Positions 29,348-40,866 are shown, counted from the first letter of the stretch. The stretch is DNA of 64,000 nucleotides from Candidatus Hydrogenedentota bacterium (GCA_963745075.1 CAVUWV010000008.1:1-64000); one strand, 5' to 3'. Notes: generated from the letters alone by a model not told the origin. Numbers and translations: made by a program.

Positions 29348-29746
29348 ATGTCAACCCAAACTCAAGCTGAACGCGTATCGACCGGCGCCCGCTGGACGGG
29401 GTACGTCATGACCGCGCTACCGGTGCTGTTGCTGCTGATGGGCGCGGTCATGAGTTTCCTGCAACCGCCGGAGGTCATCGAAGGCATGGAACATGCCGGC
29501 TACCCGGGACGCCTCGCCGTTCCGCTCGGGATTGTGGAACTGGTCTGCGCGATCCTCTACGTCATTCCGCGGACGTCCGTCCTCGGCGCCATACTTATGA
29601 CCGGCTACTTCGGCGGGGCCGTTGCCACGCATGTCCGCATCGGCGAAGTGCAGTTCATCATCCCCATCGTCGTCGGCATCTTGGTCTGGGGCGGGCTATT
29701 TCTGCGCGACCCGCGGATTCGTGCGTTGATACCGTTACGCTCGTGA
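29348..29746 (+). CDS. DoxX family membrane protein
   Basis: IPRTSVLGAILMTGYFGGAVATH. Confidence 0.88.
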   Translation: MSTQTQAERVSTGARWTGYVMTALPVLLLLMGAVMSFLQPPEVIEGMEHAGYPGRLAVPLGIVELVCAILYVIPRTSVLGAILMTGYFGGAVATHVRIGEVQFIIPIVVGILVWGGLFLRDPRIRALIPLRS

Positions 29747-29897
29747 CTTCGGATTGTGGAATGGACGAAACTGGAAGGCTGCCGGCCCGTGTCCGCTCGC
29801 CCCTCCACCTTCGCCCTCCAGCCTTCTTTTCCCAATTGCTAAATTCCCCTCGATCTTAGTACAATACAAACGGGGCAACACCACGGAGCGCCACGCC

Positions 29898-30242
29898 ATG
29901 AGCTGGGCCAGAAATCGCAAACTCATCCAGATTGCCGTCGTCTTTGGAGTCCTGGGGATGGGCTACTGGTACATGGTCCGGTACACCCCGCCCGGCTGCC
30001 GTTACGAAAGTTCCGACCGCGGCATGGCCGATCTCGAAATCACCTGGAAAGGTCGAAACCTGGACACCGTCCAAGCCAACTTCACCGAGTATAAAGCATG
30101 GATAGGCGACCCAACCGTCACCCTTTGCCGGACCGAAAGCCGAATCTGGTCCGCGCCGAATCTCTGGTGGGACAACCTCACCAACCCCCGTTGGGATCTC
30201 CCGTACATCGCGCCATCCCCCAAGCCCAACTACAGCCATTGA
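29898..30242 (+). CDS. Hypothetical membrane-anchored protein
   Basis: GGAG RBS, N-terminal TM. Confidence 0.55.
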   Translation: MSWARNRKLIQIAVVFGVLGMGYWYMVRYTPPGCRYESSDRGMADLEITWKGRNLDTVQANFTEYKAWIGDPTVTLCRTESRIWSAPNLWWDNLTNPRWDLPYIAPSPKPNYSH

Positions 30243-30646
30243 ACCGCCATCCGGAACGATCAACGCGAAGCGGGCAACGACCCCGTTGCTGCGACTGGCG
30301 CTTCAAGGGTTATTCACGCGTCTGACGGCGGCGTAGCCGCGCCCAAATCCGAAATCTTAAGCACGCAATTCGAAACCAATCCCAATGATCCAAACGGGAA
30401 ATGACCGAAACGGTGATCGGCCAACGCGTGGCTTGGGCATCTTGCCCAAGGTCCCGGCACCGTGGGCGTTGCTGCGGATAGAAGGCAGACGGATCGGCCC
30501 ATATCCGCTGAAAGCTCGCCATCCGCGTACTATCGATGGCTTTCTTCCAATCCGGAGTCCCGCACGAAATCAAATTGACTTGTTTTGCGGCAAGATGATA
30601 GGGTTCAGGTTACCCTTTACGTGTGTCTTTGTCCGCCTTTTGATGT

Positions 30647-30922
30647 GCAAACGCATTGGATTCGGTGGGGAGTAACGGAGGCACGGCGAACGACCGTTTG
30701 GCGACGAAGGGGCGGAGAACGCGGCGTTGGTGCGCGCGGTACCGTGACGGCGTCGCTGACAGCGCGGGGCATGTGGTGGCGGCCGGGTCCCATTCAACGG
30801 GATACCGCCGAACCCGGTCAGGTCTTGACGGAAGCAGCCGTAGGTGGTTATTTCCGTGTGCTGTGGGAGTGCCTGGCCGTCACCACATGTCCTGCGTTGG
30901 GGGCATCCCGGCGCGGTTTGCG
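30647..30922 (+). ncRNA. ffs: Signal recognition particle RNA, probably the large form; ends approximate
   Basis: Helix-8 core GAACCCGGTCAGGTCTTGACGGAAGCAGCCG inside a long stem (GGGCATGTGGTGGCGGCC/GGCCGTCACCACATGTCC); directly upstream of dnaX. Confidence 0.85.
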
Positions 30923-30971
30923 GGCGATAGGGACGGCCCAGGTTATCGAAGCGGAATTCGAGGAATTGCGC

Positions 30972-32702
30972 ATGTCCAACGATCCCTATCTGGTGCTGGC
31001 ACGGAAGTGGCGGCCGCAAACATTTGAGAGCGTTGTGGGTCAGGAACACATCACGCGCACCCTTCAGAATTCCATTGCCAACCAACGGATCGGCCACGCG
31101 TTTTTGTTCATCGGTTCGCGGGGGATCGGGAAGACGACGACGGCCCGGATTCTTGCGAAAGCGTTGAACTGCGAAGCGGCGGATGGGCCGACGCCGAATC
31201 CCTGCGGGGAATGCGAGAACTGCACGACCATCGCGGCGGGAAACTGTATCGACGTGATGGAGATCGACGGCGCGTCCAACAACAGCGTCGACGACGTGCG
31301 GCAGATCCGGGAGAACGTCCGGCTGGTGCCGTCGCGGTCGCGGTATAAGATCTACGTGATTGACGAAGTGCACCAGCTCTCGGCCAGCGCGTTCAACGCG
31401 TTGTTAAAAACCCTTGAAGAGCCGCCCGAGCATGCGGTGTTTGTGCTGGCGACGACCGAAGCGCACAAGGTGCCGGCGACGATTATTTCGCGGTGCCAGC
31501 GCTACGATTTTCGCCGGGTCGGTATGGAAGGCATTACGAGGTTGTTACGGCAGATCCTGGACGCGGAACAGATCACGTGCAGCGAGGAGGCGTTGTATGC
31601 CATCGCACGCGCGGCGGACGGGGGCATTCGGGATTCGGAAAGCATTCTCGAACAGTTGATCTCGTATTGCGGCAAGGAGATCACGTATCAGGACGTATTC
31701 GACGTGCTGGGGCTGGTGGACTGGAACGTGATGCACGGCCTCGCGCGGGCGATGCTGGAGCAGGACGTCGCGGCGCAATTGAAGATCGTGGAAGACGTGG
31801 TGGTCGCGGGGAAGGACTTGTCGCAATTCGTGCAGGACATCCTGCACTACCTGCGCAATCTGCTGGTGTGCAAGACGGCCAATCCGAAGGGCCTGCTGGC
31901 GTTGCCCGATGAAGACATCGCCGCGATGCAGGCCACTGCGAAACAATTCACGTTGACCTCGCTGATCCGGCTGGTGGAGCAATTTGCGGAACTCTCCAAA
32001 GATTTTGATTCCCAGTTGGCGCAGCGCATCGCGTTGGAAGCATTGCTAATCCGGCTGTCGAAGGTATCGGTGGAAGTGTCGGTGGACGCGGTGCTGGAAA
32101 AGCTCGCACAACTGGGCGCCGGCGGGATAGGGACGTTGCCGGCCGGCGATGCGCCGCCGGGAACCGTGACGCGGTCGGTGGGCGCGGCAGCGGCTGTGAC
32201 GCCGAAAGCGGTTCGGGAGCGCCCACCGTTAGAGCCGGAATCGGCCGAACCGGCGGGTAAACCCCGCCGGGTCACCGTGACGCCGGATACCATGGTGGAC
32301 CATTGGCAGCGGATTGCGGAAGCGATCTCGGGTGGAAGCCTCAAACTGGGTATCGCACTGGCCCATGGGCGCCCCGTCGCCATTGACGGCGAGGAACTGG
32401 TGGTGCGCTTCCCCGAGGACCAGGGGAACTCGATGGCGCTGGTAGACCAGCGGGAACATCGGGAAATCGTCCGGGCGGCGCTGGGCGAGACGACGACCAA
32501 CCTGACCTCGTGGCGGATGGACGCATGGCAGGAAATCCAGGAATTGGAATCACCCGGAGATCCCCGGCGGGCCCCGCTGGCGGGGGGGCATGTGAGTGCG
32601 GAGGAGGCCGAGACCGCGCTACAGAATCCCCACGTGGCGAAGGTTATGGAGGTGTTTCGGGGCCGCATCGTGGAGATTAAGCACGGGACAGGTTCGGAAT
32701 AG
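30972..32702 (+). CDS. dnaX: DNA polymerase III subunit gamma/tau
   Basis: LARKWRPQTF, GSRGIGKTT, Zn motif, IDEVH, SRCQ. Confidence 0.97.
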   Translation: MSNDPYLVLARKWRPQTFESVVGQEHITRTLQNSIANQRIGHAFLFIGSRGIGKTTTARILAKALNCEAADGPTPNPCGECENCTTIAAGNCIDVMEIDGASNNSVDDVRQIRENVRLVPSRSRYKIYVIDEVHQLSASAFNALLKTLEEPPEHAVFVLATTEAHKVPATIISRCQRYDFRRVGMEGITRLLRQILDAEQITCSEEALYAIARAADGGIRDSESILEQLISYCGKEITYQDVFDVLGLVDWNVMHGLARAMLEQDVAAQLKIVEDVVVAGKDLSQFVQDILHYLRNLLVCKTANPKGLLALPDEDIAAMQATAKQFTLTSLIRLVEQFAELSKDFDSQLAQRIALEALLIRLSKVSVEVSVDAVLEKLAQLGAGGIGTLPAGDAPPGTVTRSVGAAAAVTPKAVRERPPLEPESAEPAGKPRRVTVTPDTMVDHWQRIAEAISGGSLKLGIALAHGRPVAIDGEELVVRFPEDQGNSMALVDQREHREIVRAALGETTTNLTSWRMDAWQEIQELESPGDPRRAPLAGGHVSAEEAETALQNPHVAKVMEVFRGRIVEIKHGTGSE

Positions 32703-32864
32703 CCGGCATTTCTCACCGCCCGAGAGGCGTTGTCTTGCAGACCCAACGTCTGGTGCATGTGAAAATTCCGGATGAGGGGGAACGTTCGACGGTCGCCGGG
32801 GGATCAGGTATCGTAGTGAGGCCGATTGTTCGCAGTCAGCGAATAGAACGAGCGGAGAACACTG

Positions 32865-34862
32865 TTGGATATCTACATACGCAAACGCGGAACCGGCCCG
32901 TCGCTCGTGGCGGTTGCGGCGTTTTTGTTCGGGTTGCTGATCGGTTTCACGGCATGTTACGCCATCTTCGTTGACCACGGCGGGCCGGCGGGACCGGGCA
33001 AGATTGCCAGTTTGCCACCGGAAGCGGCGGCACCCGCACAGCCGCCCGCGGAGCAGCCGCCGCCGAAAGTGGAGACGCCGCCGGAACCGGAGTCGCCCGC
33101 ACCGTCCGAAGCGCCACCGGCGCCCGGCACGGAACTGGAACAGTTGGAAGATGCCTGGGCTGCGCGGCATTTGTTCATCGCGGTGAAGGGCACGAAGCTG
33201 GACGACGCGACGCGGGACCTGCTGGCGGAACTCAAGCCGGGCGGGGTGGTGCTGCAAGCCGACAATATCACGATCAAGACGCAGACGATCGGGCTGATCA
33301 AGTCTATCAAAGACGCCGTGGGTCTGGGCAAAGACATTGACAGTTTGCCGCTTATCGCCGTGGCTCAAGAGGGCGGCGCGATGAACGTCATGAATTTGTC
33401 CGATGCACCCAGCGCGGCGACCATCGGCGAGCACCGCGATATCGAGTTTGCGCGGAGTGTGGGGCAGAATTTCGCTTCGGCGGCGGCGGACCGGGGTATC
33501 GGTGTGCTGTTGGCGCCGGTGCTCGACGTGTATCCGGCGGATGCGCCGGAAATATTGCGCGCCCGTTCCTTGGGCACGGACTACCAGGTAGTGAATTCGC
33601 TGGGACTGGCCTTTGCCGAAGGAGTGACCTTGGGCGGCGCAATTCCGGTGGTCAAACATTTCCCCGGCTTGGGCTATGCGAAAGGGGACGGATACGAAAC
33701 GGTTGCGGTGCTGCCTGAAGATGTTCCGTTGGAAGAAGTCGTCTTTCCGTTCAACGAAGCGGTCACGCGGGGCGTACCCGGGATCCTGGTGGGTCACGTG
33801 GCGGTCCCGGCGTTTGATACGGAAGCGCCCAACCGGCCCGCGTCGCTGTCTCCGAAGATGTTGACGGAGCTGGTGCGCGGAACGTGGAACTATTCCGGCG
33901 CGATCATCGCGGACGACCTTTCCGCGCCCGCGATCACGAAGTCGCTGAGCGTGGGCGAAGCCGCGGTGCAGGCGCTGGCGGCCGGATGCGATGCGGCGAT
34001 CGTGCTGGACCCGAGTTTCGACACGATTCGCGGAGTGGTCGGGGCCATTGACGACGCCGTCACGGCCGGCGTGTTGAGCCGGGAGAGTTTGAGCGACAGT
34101 AAGGAACGGCTGGACGCGTGGCAGCAGTGGCTGCGGAAACCGGTTCCGGGACTGACGGGCGCGATTCCCGAACTGCCGCCTCTGCCGGCGGCGGGCGAAA
34201 CCGAGGCGCCGGTCCCGGCCGCACCGTTGTCGCCGGCGCAGACCTATGAAGTGGTCGGCGGTGACACCTTGTACAAGATCGCGCAAACGTATCATGCGAC
34301 CATCCAGCAGTTGCAGGATTGGAATAATCTGAAGAACTCGACGCTGCGCGTGGGACAGAAGCTGATCGTCAGTCCACCCGAGGCGACCCCGAAGCCCGAG
34401 GCAGCACCGGCTCCACCGGCGGAGGGTCCGGCGGAAACGGCTGAGCCGTCGGAACCGACGGCCGAGGCGCCGGAATCGGCGATGCCGCCGGAGTCGGTAC
34501 CGGACGAAGCGCCGGAACCCGTTGCGGAACAGAAGACCGTGTCACATACCGTCAAACCGGGTGAGTTTCTTGCGACCATCGCGGATCAGTATGGGGTGAC
34601 GTATCAGGAGATCATGCGGTGGAACAAGCTGTCGAGCACGAATATTTATGCGGGCCAGAAGCTGACGATCCACGTGGGTGGGGAACCCGCGGCGAACGCA
34701 TCCGCGCCGCAACCGGAGGAACAGAAGTACACGGTGCAGAGCGGCGATTTCCTCGGAAAGATTGCGGATCAATACGGCGTGACGGTGAAACAGTTGATGG
34801 AGTGGAATAACCTTTCGGGTATCGAATTGCAGGTCGGGCAGGTGCTGGTGATTAAGAAGTAA
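32865..34862 (+). CDS. Membrane-anchored GH3 (NagZ-like) domain with three LysM domains
   Basis: TM, Pro-rich linker, QEGG, APVLD, KHFPGLG, PASLS, ADDL; three GD.L..IA..Y..WN.L LysM repeats. Confidence 0.85.
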   Translation: MDIYIRKRGTGPSLVAVAAFLFGLLIGFTACYAIFVDHGGPAGPGKIASLPPEAAAPAQPPAEQPPPKVETPPEPESPAPSEAPPAPGTELEQLEDAWAARHLFIAVKGTKLDDATRDLLAELKPGGVVLQADNITIKTQTIGLIKSIKDAVGLGKDIDSLPLIAVAQEGGAMNVMNLSDAPSAATIGEHRDIEFARSVGQNFASAAADRGIGVLLAPVLDVYPADAPEILRARSLGTDYQVVNSLGLAFAEGVTLGGAIPVVKHFPGLGYAKGDGYETVAVLPEDVPLEEVVFPFNEAVTRGVPGILVGHVAVPAFDTEAPNRPASLSPKMLTELVRGTWNYSGAIIADDLSAPAITKSLSVGEAAVQALAAGCDAAIVLDPSFDTIRGVVGAIDDAVTAGVLSRESLSDSKERLDAWQQWLRKPVPGLTGAIPELPPLPAAGETEAPVPAAPLSPAQTYEVVGGDTLYKIAQTYHATIQQLQDWNNLKNSTLRVGQKLIVSPPEATPKPEAAPAPPAEGPAETAEPSEPTAEAPESAMPPESVPDEAPEPVAEQKTVSHTVKPGEFLATIADQYGVTYQEIMRWNKLSSTNIYAGQKLTIHVGGEPAANASAPQPEEQKYTVQSGDFLGKIADQYGVTVKQLMEWNNLSGIELQVGQVLVIKK

Positions 34863-34937
34863 TGGATAGGTGGCGGACTTTTTCGATTACGATTACGAAC
34901 ACGGTTACGAACGCAGCGGCGAATCAGCGATCAACGC

Positions 34938-36008
34938 TCACGAGATCACCTCGAGTTCATCCTTATCCGGCAATGCAGGGAAGGGCGCGTGGGGTTCGGC
35001 CTGGTACCAGAAGGCGACGGAGGCGATGTCGTCCTGGTTGGGGAGGAAGCGGCGGCCGCTGCGCCAGCCGAGGGCTTGGATGGTTACGCGCAGGTCCTGT
35101 TCGAAGCGGATGGGATCCATGATGTGCCAACGGTACAGTCCGAAGCGTTGTTGGGATTGATAGGTGCCGTCGGGCCGAATCACTTGGGGAAGCCCCGCGT
35201 AGGCGGTTGAGAACTCGGTGTATTGGCCGTCGCGGTCGAAGTTGTAGGAGCCGCAGAAGTAGTCCTCCGTGCCCGTGCCGCAGATGGTGGGCCATTCGTC
35301 GCCGTCGAGATAGAATTTGATTTCACCCTCGCCCCACCAGCCGGTGTTGTTCACCTGCCAGGCCATGTAGGCGCCGACATACTGCCCGTGCCCTTTGATG
35401 CCGTCGACAATCGTGTAGACCTCCTTGTAGGGAAGCGGATTCGTTCGACGAAATTGGGCGTGGAAGTAGGCCGCGTCATCGGGAATGTCGGTCAAGGTGT
35501 AGTTGACCTGGTAGTAGAGGACGATGTCTTCTTCCGCGATGTTCTCGAGCGTGATGCGGCAGTGTTTGCGGAAGGGCATCTCCCAATAACAGTTGAACGC
35601 GCTGCCCGGGTTCACGCAAACCGGAAGCGAGTTCACGTGGGCGTACCTTCCCCAGCCCATGCAGAAGAAGTCGCCGACGGGCGTCTCGACGCTGGGCGTT
35701 TCCTCACCGTCCCAGTAGAACCGCAGGATGGCGTGACGCCAATGGCCGGTGGGGGTCATCCAGATCTGCTGAATCGCGCCTGGCCCTTCGATGTCCGCGA
35801 CTTCAAAGGTCTGTCCGCCCTGAATCGCGACCGACGGCGAAATCTTCCACCCTTGTCCGAGGTCGCGCGCGCATTCGGCGCCCGTGCCTTCCGTAGCCAT
35901 GCCACCCTTGCCCTTGGCGCCGTCGAAATTCTCGGGCGAGATGGACCGCGTCTTTGCGTGGGACAACCGCGACAGATTTCCAAGACTGAGGTTTAGTCCG
36001 TTATACAT
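34938..36008 (-). CDS. DUF2961 / GH172 family protein
   Basis: RSISPEN, WWGEGEIKFYLDG, GTGTEDYF, YRWHIMDPIRF. Confidence 0.92.
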   Translation of the reverse strand: MYNGLNLSLGNLSRLSHAKTRSISPENFDGAKGKGGMATEGTGAECARDLGQGWKISPSVAIQGGQTFEVADIEGPGAIQQIWMTPTGHWRHAILRFYWDGEETPSVETPVGDFFCMGWGRYAHVNSLPVCVNPGSAFNCYWEMPFRKHCRITLENIAEEDIVLYYQVNYTLTDIPDDAAYFHAQFRRTNPLPYKEVYTIVDGIKGHGQYVGAYMAWQVNNTGWWGEGEIKFYLDGDEWPTICGTGTEDYFCGSYNFDRDGQYTEFSTAYAGLPQVIRPDGTYQSQQRFGLYRWHIMDPIRFEQDLRVTIQALGWRSGRRFLPNQDDIASVAFWYQAEPHAPFPALPDKDELEVIS

Positions 36009-36129
36009 GGCACAGGCTCCTTCCACGGGGTTGGCGACGATCCATTATGCCCGAAGAGATGAGGCGAGTGTACTTGCGGCCGTGTGATCTCGGTGGTTTG
36101 ACGTGCTAGATTGAGGGCGGTGAATCGAC

Positions 36130-38679
36130 ATGGGCGCAACAATGGGGGCTGCGAACGTGAGTAATGTAAGACTTGGCGGGATTCTGTTCGTAGTGGGCGC
36201 GACCGTTGCGTACGGAGCGGTTGCACCTTCGTTCACGGGCGAGGCGCAAGCACAGGCGGCGCCGTTGTCGTTATGGTACCGGGCATCGGCGGCGGAGTGG
36301 ACGGAGGCGTTGCCGGTCGGGAACGGGCGGCTGGGGGCGATGGTGTTCGGCGGGGTCGTGAAGGAACGGCTCCAGTTGAACGAGGAAACGGTGTGGGACG
36401 GCAAGCGGTCGGACCGCGTCAACCCCAAAGCGTTGGAAGCCTTGCCGGAAGTGCGGCGCCTGCTCTTCGATGGGAAGAATGAAGAAGCGGCGAAACTGGC
36501 GGGTGACACCATGATGGGGGTGCCCGAGCGGATCGACTCGTATCAGTCGCTGGGCGATTTGTGGATGGACTTTTCCGAGGTAGACGAGGTCCGGGAGTAT
36601 CGCCGCTCGCTCAATCTCGAAACCGGCATTGTGGAAGTGGGCTACACAGTTCCAAAGGTCCATACCGTCCACGATGTTCGTGACGTCCATTACCACCGCG
36701 AAACCTTTGCGTCCGCGCCGGCGCAGGCTATCGTGACGCAGATCACCGCCGACCAGCCCGGCGCGATCTCGATGACCGTATCCGTCACGCGGGAGCAGGA
36801 CGCGGTGTATCTGAGTGAAGGCGATGATCGCGTGATTCTGCGGGGACAAATCGCAGCGCCGAAAGATGATGCCGGGAACCCCATCGGCGTGCGGTTTGAA
36901 TCGCACATCCTTGCGCGCGTGGATGGCGGGGAGATGACGAACGCCGACGGCAAACTGACCATCGCGAACGCCGATACGGTAACGTTGCTGGTTGTAGCCG
37001 CGACGGACTATCGCGGGGGCGACGCGGAAGAGCAATGCCGGACGTATCTCGAGGGGTTGTCCAGCGTGTCGTACGGCGACCTTCGCGCGGCGCACGTCGT
37101 CGACCATCAATCCTTGTTCCGCCGCGTATCGATCGATCTTGGCGACGATCCGCATCCGGAACTGCCGACGGACGAGCGGCTCGCGCTGCACTCCGCCAAC
37201 GATCCGCATTTGGTGGAGCTTTACTTCCAGTATGGACGGTATCTACTTATGGGGTCGTCGCGACCCGGTTGCCTGCCCGCAAATCTACAGGGGTTGTGGA
37301 ACGAGCACATGAATGCGCCGTGGAACAGCGACTACCACACGAACATCAATCTGCAAATGAACTACTGGCCCGCCGAGGTGACGAATCTTGCCGAGTGTCA
37401 CGTGCCGTTATTCGACTACATGGATTCGTTGGTGCCGTCGGGCGAGCACACCGCGCAGGCCGAGTACGGGTGCCGCGGATGGGTGGTTCATCATCTCAGC
37501 GACCTCTTTGGGTTCACCGCGCCGGCCGACGGGGTCTGGGGCATCTGGCCCATGGGCGCCGCGTGGCTGGCGCAACATCCTTACGAACACTACCTGTTTT
37601 CGGGGGATGAGGACTTTCTGCGCGAACGCGCGTACCCGTTAATGAAGGGTGCGGCCTTGTTCATGCTCGATTATCTCGTCGAGGATCCGCAGGGGCGGCT
37701 CGTTACCAATCCGTCCCACTCGCCGGAAAACAAATTCCGCAAACCCGACGGCACGGAGTCCATGTTCACGTACGGCGCGACGATGGATCTGGAAATCATT
37801 CACGATCTGTTTACGAACACCATCGATGCGAGCGAGACCTTGGATGTCGACGCCGATTTCCGCGAGGAATTGCAGTCGGCGTTGGACCGGCTCGCGCCGT
37901 TGCAGATCAGCAAGAAGACGGGGCGATTGCAGGAGTGGATCGAAGACTACGACGAACCCGAGCCGGGGCACCGGCATATGTCGCACCTGTTCGCCGTGCA
38001 TCCCGGACATGAGATCACGTTGCGGGGGACGCCGGAGTTGGCCGAGGCGGCGCGGAAATCGCTCGAATACCGGTTGTTCCACGGCGGCGGGCACACGGGC
38101 TGGAGCCGGGCGTGGATCGTGAGTTTCTGGGCGCGCTTCGAGAACGCGGACAAGGCGTACCGGAACTTGCAGACCTTGCTGGCGAAATCCACGTTGCCGA
38201 ATCTGTTCGACAACCATCCGCCGTTCCAGATCGACGGCAACTTCGGCGGCACGGCGGGCATCGCGGAAATGCTCCTGCAAAGCCATGACGGAGAGATTCA
38301 CTTGCTGCCTGCGTTGCCCGTGGAATGGAGCCGGGGAAGCGTTCTTGGTTTGCGCGCGCGCGGCGGCTTCGAGGTGAGCATGGATTGGGACCAACGACGG
38401 CTCAGTGAAGTGCGCATCATGTCGCATCTCGGCGGCACGTGTCGCGTTCGCAGCCTCTCGCCGCTGAGTGTCCATGCAATTCCGCTTGGCGAAGGCCCGC
38501 CCGTGTCTTTGGGTGAAGCCGCGGATGTTCGCGTTATCGAAATCAAATTGGAACCCATTGCGTCGATTTCGCCCGAACCGAACGTGGTCGAGTTCCCTAC
38601 CGAGGCGGGAAGGACCTATCTGCTTCTTCGCACGGTCACGCCTGCCGACCGCGTGAACGACTCGGCCGAGCGGCCGTAG
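36130..38679 (+). CDS. GH95 alpha-L-fucosidase
   Basis: [36 protein letters not shown]. Confidence 0.93.
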   Translation: MGATMGAANVSNVRLGGILFVVGATVAYGAVAPSFTGEAQAQAAPLSLWYRASAAEWTEALPVGNGRLGAMVFGGVVKERLQLNEETVWDGKRSDRVNPKALEALPEVRRLLFDGKNEEAAKLAGDTMMGVPERIDSYQSLGDLWMDFSEVDEVREYRRSLNLETGIVEVGYTVPKVHTVHDVRDVHYHRETFASAPAQAIVTQITADQPGAISMTVSVTREQDAVYLSEGDDRVILRGQIAAPKDDAGNPIGVRFESHILARVDGGEMTNADGKLTIANADTVTLLVVAATDYRGGDAEEQCRTYLEGLSSVSYGDLRAAHVVDHQSLFRRVSIDLGDDPHPELPTDERLALHSANDPHLVELYFQYGRYLLMGSSRPGCLPANLQGLWNEHMNAPWNSDYHTNINLQMNYWPAEVTNLAECHVPLFDYMDSLVPSGEHTAQAEYGCRGWVVHHLSDLFGFTAPADGVWGIWPMGAAWLAQHPYEHYLFSGDEDFLRERAYPLMKGAALFMLDYLVEDPQGRLVTNPSHSPENKFRKPDGTESMFTYGATMDLEIIHDLFTNTIDASETLDVDADFREELQSALDRLAPLQISKKTGRLQEWIEDYDEPEPGHRHMSHLFAVHPGHEITLRGTPELAEAARKSLEYRLFHGGGHTGWSRAWIVSFWARFENADKAYRNLQTLLAKSTLPNLFDNHPPFQIDGNFGGTAGIAEMLLQSHDGEIHLLPALPVEWSRGSVLGLRARGGFEVSMDWDQRRLSEVRIMSHLGGTCRVRSLSPLSVHAIPLGEGPPVSLGEAADVRVIEIKLEPIASISPEPNVVEFPTEAGRTYLLLRTVTPADRVNDSAERP

Positions 38680-38707
38680 ATTAAGGGGTCGATTGTGCGC
38701 GCGGGGT

Positions 38708-39331
38708 TCAGGCTTCGGCGCGATAGTTTTTGAACCAGACGCTGACGACGCCGATGAAGGCGCCGGCGCAGAAGCCGACGAGCCCAGTCAGGTAGATGGG
38801 GTCGTCCGGCGGGGCAATAAGATTGGCCTCCACCAGATGGTGGGTCACCGAAAGGATGAAACCCAGTCCGGCGGCAATTCCGGCGCCAACGGCGAAGGTC
38901 ATATCCAGCGTGGAAACCATGCCCCAGGTGCAGCCGAGGAGGAATCCCGCGAACGCACCGAACTCGGCGCCGCCGAACACGCCCGCGCGCATTTGAGCCG
39001 TGTCGGTGCCGTGCATGAGCGCCACGGAAATCACCGCCATGAAGATGCCGCCCGCCATCGCGCCGCCGCTGCCCCAGAGGAAGGTGCTCAAGAGCGCGCT
39101 CTTCAAGTGACAGCGCACGTATTCTGCGGCGGACTGGGTGGTTTCCGGCGCGGCCGGTTGTGCGACCGTTGTGGTTGGTGTGATGGCGCCAAGACCACCC
39201 GCCATGGCGAGCTGCGGACCCTGGTTTAGCACGGTATTACAGGACCGGCACCGTGCCGCCATTCGTTCGTACCCCGGTGGAATCTGCATTTTTGTCCCGC
39301 AGACGGGACATACGACCAGCTTGCCCTGCAT
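38708..39331 (-). CDS. Zinc-ribbon membrane protein
   Basis: CPVC..CRSC N-terminus, four TM segments, GGAGG RBS. Confidence 0.7.
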   Translation of the reverse strand: MQGKLVVCPVCGTKMQIPPGYERMAARCRSCNTVLNQGPQLAMAGGLGAITPTTTVAQPAAPETTQSAAEYVRCHLKSALLSTFLWGSGGAMAGGIFMAVISVALMHGTDTAQMRAGVFGGAEFGAFAGFLLGCTWGMVSTLDMTFAVGAGIAAGLGFILSVTHHLVEANLIAPPDDPIYLTGLVGFCAGAFIGVVSVWFKNYRAEA

Positions 39332-39513
39332 ACACTACACCTCCCTCGATTAGAAAGTGCTACCTTTGGCCCCAGGATCTGCCGTTATACCATAGGATGC
39401 CGGATTTGGGAAGGGCATTGGGGAGTGTGGATTAGGAAGAAGGCTAATGTCTTCCTAGGGTATACTGCGGAACGAATCCAGATTGGGGGTCACGGGAAGG
39501 ACGCGCGCAGCAC

Positions 39514-40866
39514 ATGACAACGATGACACTACTGACGGGAATGGCATGGATGATGGTTTCAACCCACGTGGCCGCAATGCCGCCGGAGCCGTTGCTCCCG
39601 GTACCGAGTCCGGAACAACTCGCATGGCAGGACATGGATTACGGCATGTTCTGTCACTTCGGCATTAATACGTTCCACAACGAGGAATGGACGGACGGGA
39701 GCAAGGATCCGGCCTCGTTCAATCCCAGTGATTTTAATGCACGGCAGTGGGTCGAGACGGCGAAACGGTGCGGGATGAAGTATCTCGTGGTCACGGCGAA
39801 ACATCACGACGGGTTCGCCGTGTATCCGACGAAGTACAGTGATTACGCGGTGACGGCGAGTCCCTGGCGGGACGGCAAAGGCGACGTGGTTCAGGAGGTG
39901 TCGGACGCGTGCCACGATCTCGGCGTGGTGTTCGGATTCTACCTGTCGCCGTGGGATCGGCACGAACCCGCGTACGCGGATCCACCGGCCTATGACGCCC
40001 ATTTCAAAGACATGCTGCGCGAGCTGCTCACCAGCTACGGAACCGTCGGCGAAGTCTGGTTTGATGGCGCGGGGAGTAAAGGTCACACCTACGATTGGGA
40101 CGGCTACTATGCGCTGATCCGCGAATTGCAGCCGCACGCACTCATCGCCATCTGCGGACCCGACATTCGCTGGGTGGGTAACGAACAAGGCGTTGCGCCC
40201 GAAACGCTCTGGAGCGTCGTGGACCGCGACGGCGGGAAGGCGTGGCATCCTGCGGAGTGCGACGTGCCCATTCGGAAAGGCCAGTGGTTCTTTCATACCG
40301 ACGGCGAGCCGAACCTGCGCAGCGTGGAAGAAGTACTCGACATCTATTACAAATCCGTGGGGCGGGGCGCGGTGTTGCTGCTGAACGTATCCCCCGACCG
40401 GCGCGGACAGCTTCCCGAGAAGGACGTGGCCGTGTTGGACGCAGTCTGGCAAACCGTCACGGACACGTTCAAAACGAATCTTGCACAGGGCAAACCGGCC
40501 ACGGCGAGCAACGTGCGCGGGGACGATGCGACGTTCGGCGCGGCGTGCGCGGTCGACGGCGACGGGGACACGTACTGGTGCACGGACGATGGCGTGACAT
40601 CGGCGACGTTGACGGTGGACCTCGGAGAACCTTCGACGTTCAATCGTTCCATGCTTCAGGAGACCATCGCGCTCGGGCAACGAGTGGAAACGTACACGCT
40701 GGAAGCGTTGGTCGACGGCAAATGGAAGACGATTGCCGAGGGGACGACCATCGGGCACAAACGGCTCGACCGGTTCGACGACGTTACGGCGACGCAGGTG
40801 CGTCTGACAGTAAACGCGTTGGCGTGTCCGACGATTCGCGCGTTCGGGTTGTATCGCGCGAAATGA
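39514..40866 (+). CDS. GH29 alpha-L-fucosidase with F5/8 type C domain
   Basis: HFGINTF, TAKHHDGF, YLSPWD, VWFDG, IRWVGNE. Confidence 0.93.
   Translation: MTTMTLLTGMAWMMVSTHVAAMPPEPLLPVPSPEQLAWQDMDYGMFCHFGINTFHNEEWTDGSKDPASFNPSDFNARQWVETAKRCGMKYLVVTAKHHDGFAVYPTKYSDYAVTASPWRDGKGDVVQEVSDACHDLGVVFGFYLSPWDRHEPAYADPPAYDAHFKDMLRELLTSYGTVGEVWFDGAGSKGHTYDWDGYYALIRELQPHALIAICGPDIRWVGNEQGVAPETLWSVVDRDGGKAWHPAECDVPIRKGQWFFHTDGEPNLRSVEEVLDIYYKSVGRGAVLLLNVSPDRRGQLPEKDVAVLDAVWQTVTDTFKTNLAQGKPATASNVRGDDATFGAACAVDGDGDTYWCTDDGVTSATLTVDLGEPSTFNRSMLQETIALGQRVETYTLEALVDGKWKTIAEGTTIGHKRLDRFDDVTATQVRLTVNALACPTIRAFGLYRAK

Noticed and set aside
30585..30971. 129-aa N-terminal extension of DnaX
   Set aside because: Overlaps the SRP RNA; homology and the RBS point to the ATG at 30972
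34938..40866. Fucose utilisation locus as a novel system
   Set aside because: GH172, GH95 and GH29 are known families, not co-oriented, with no transporter or regulator in the cluster
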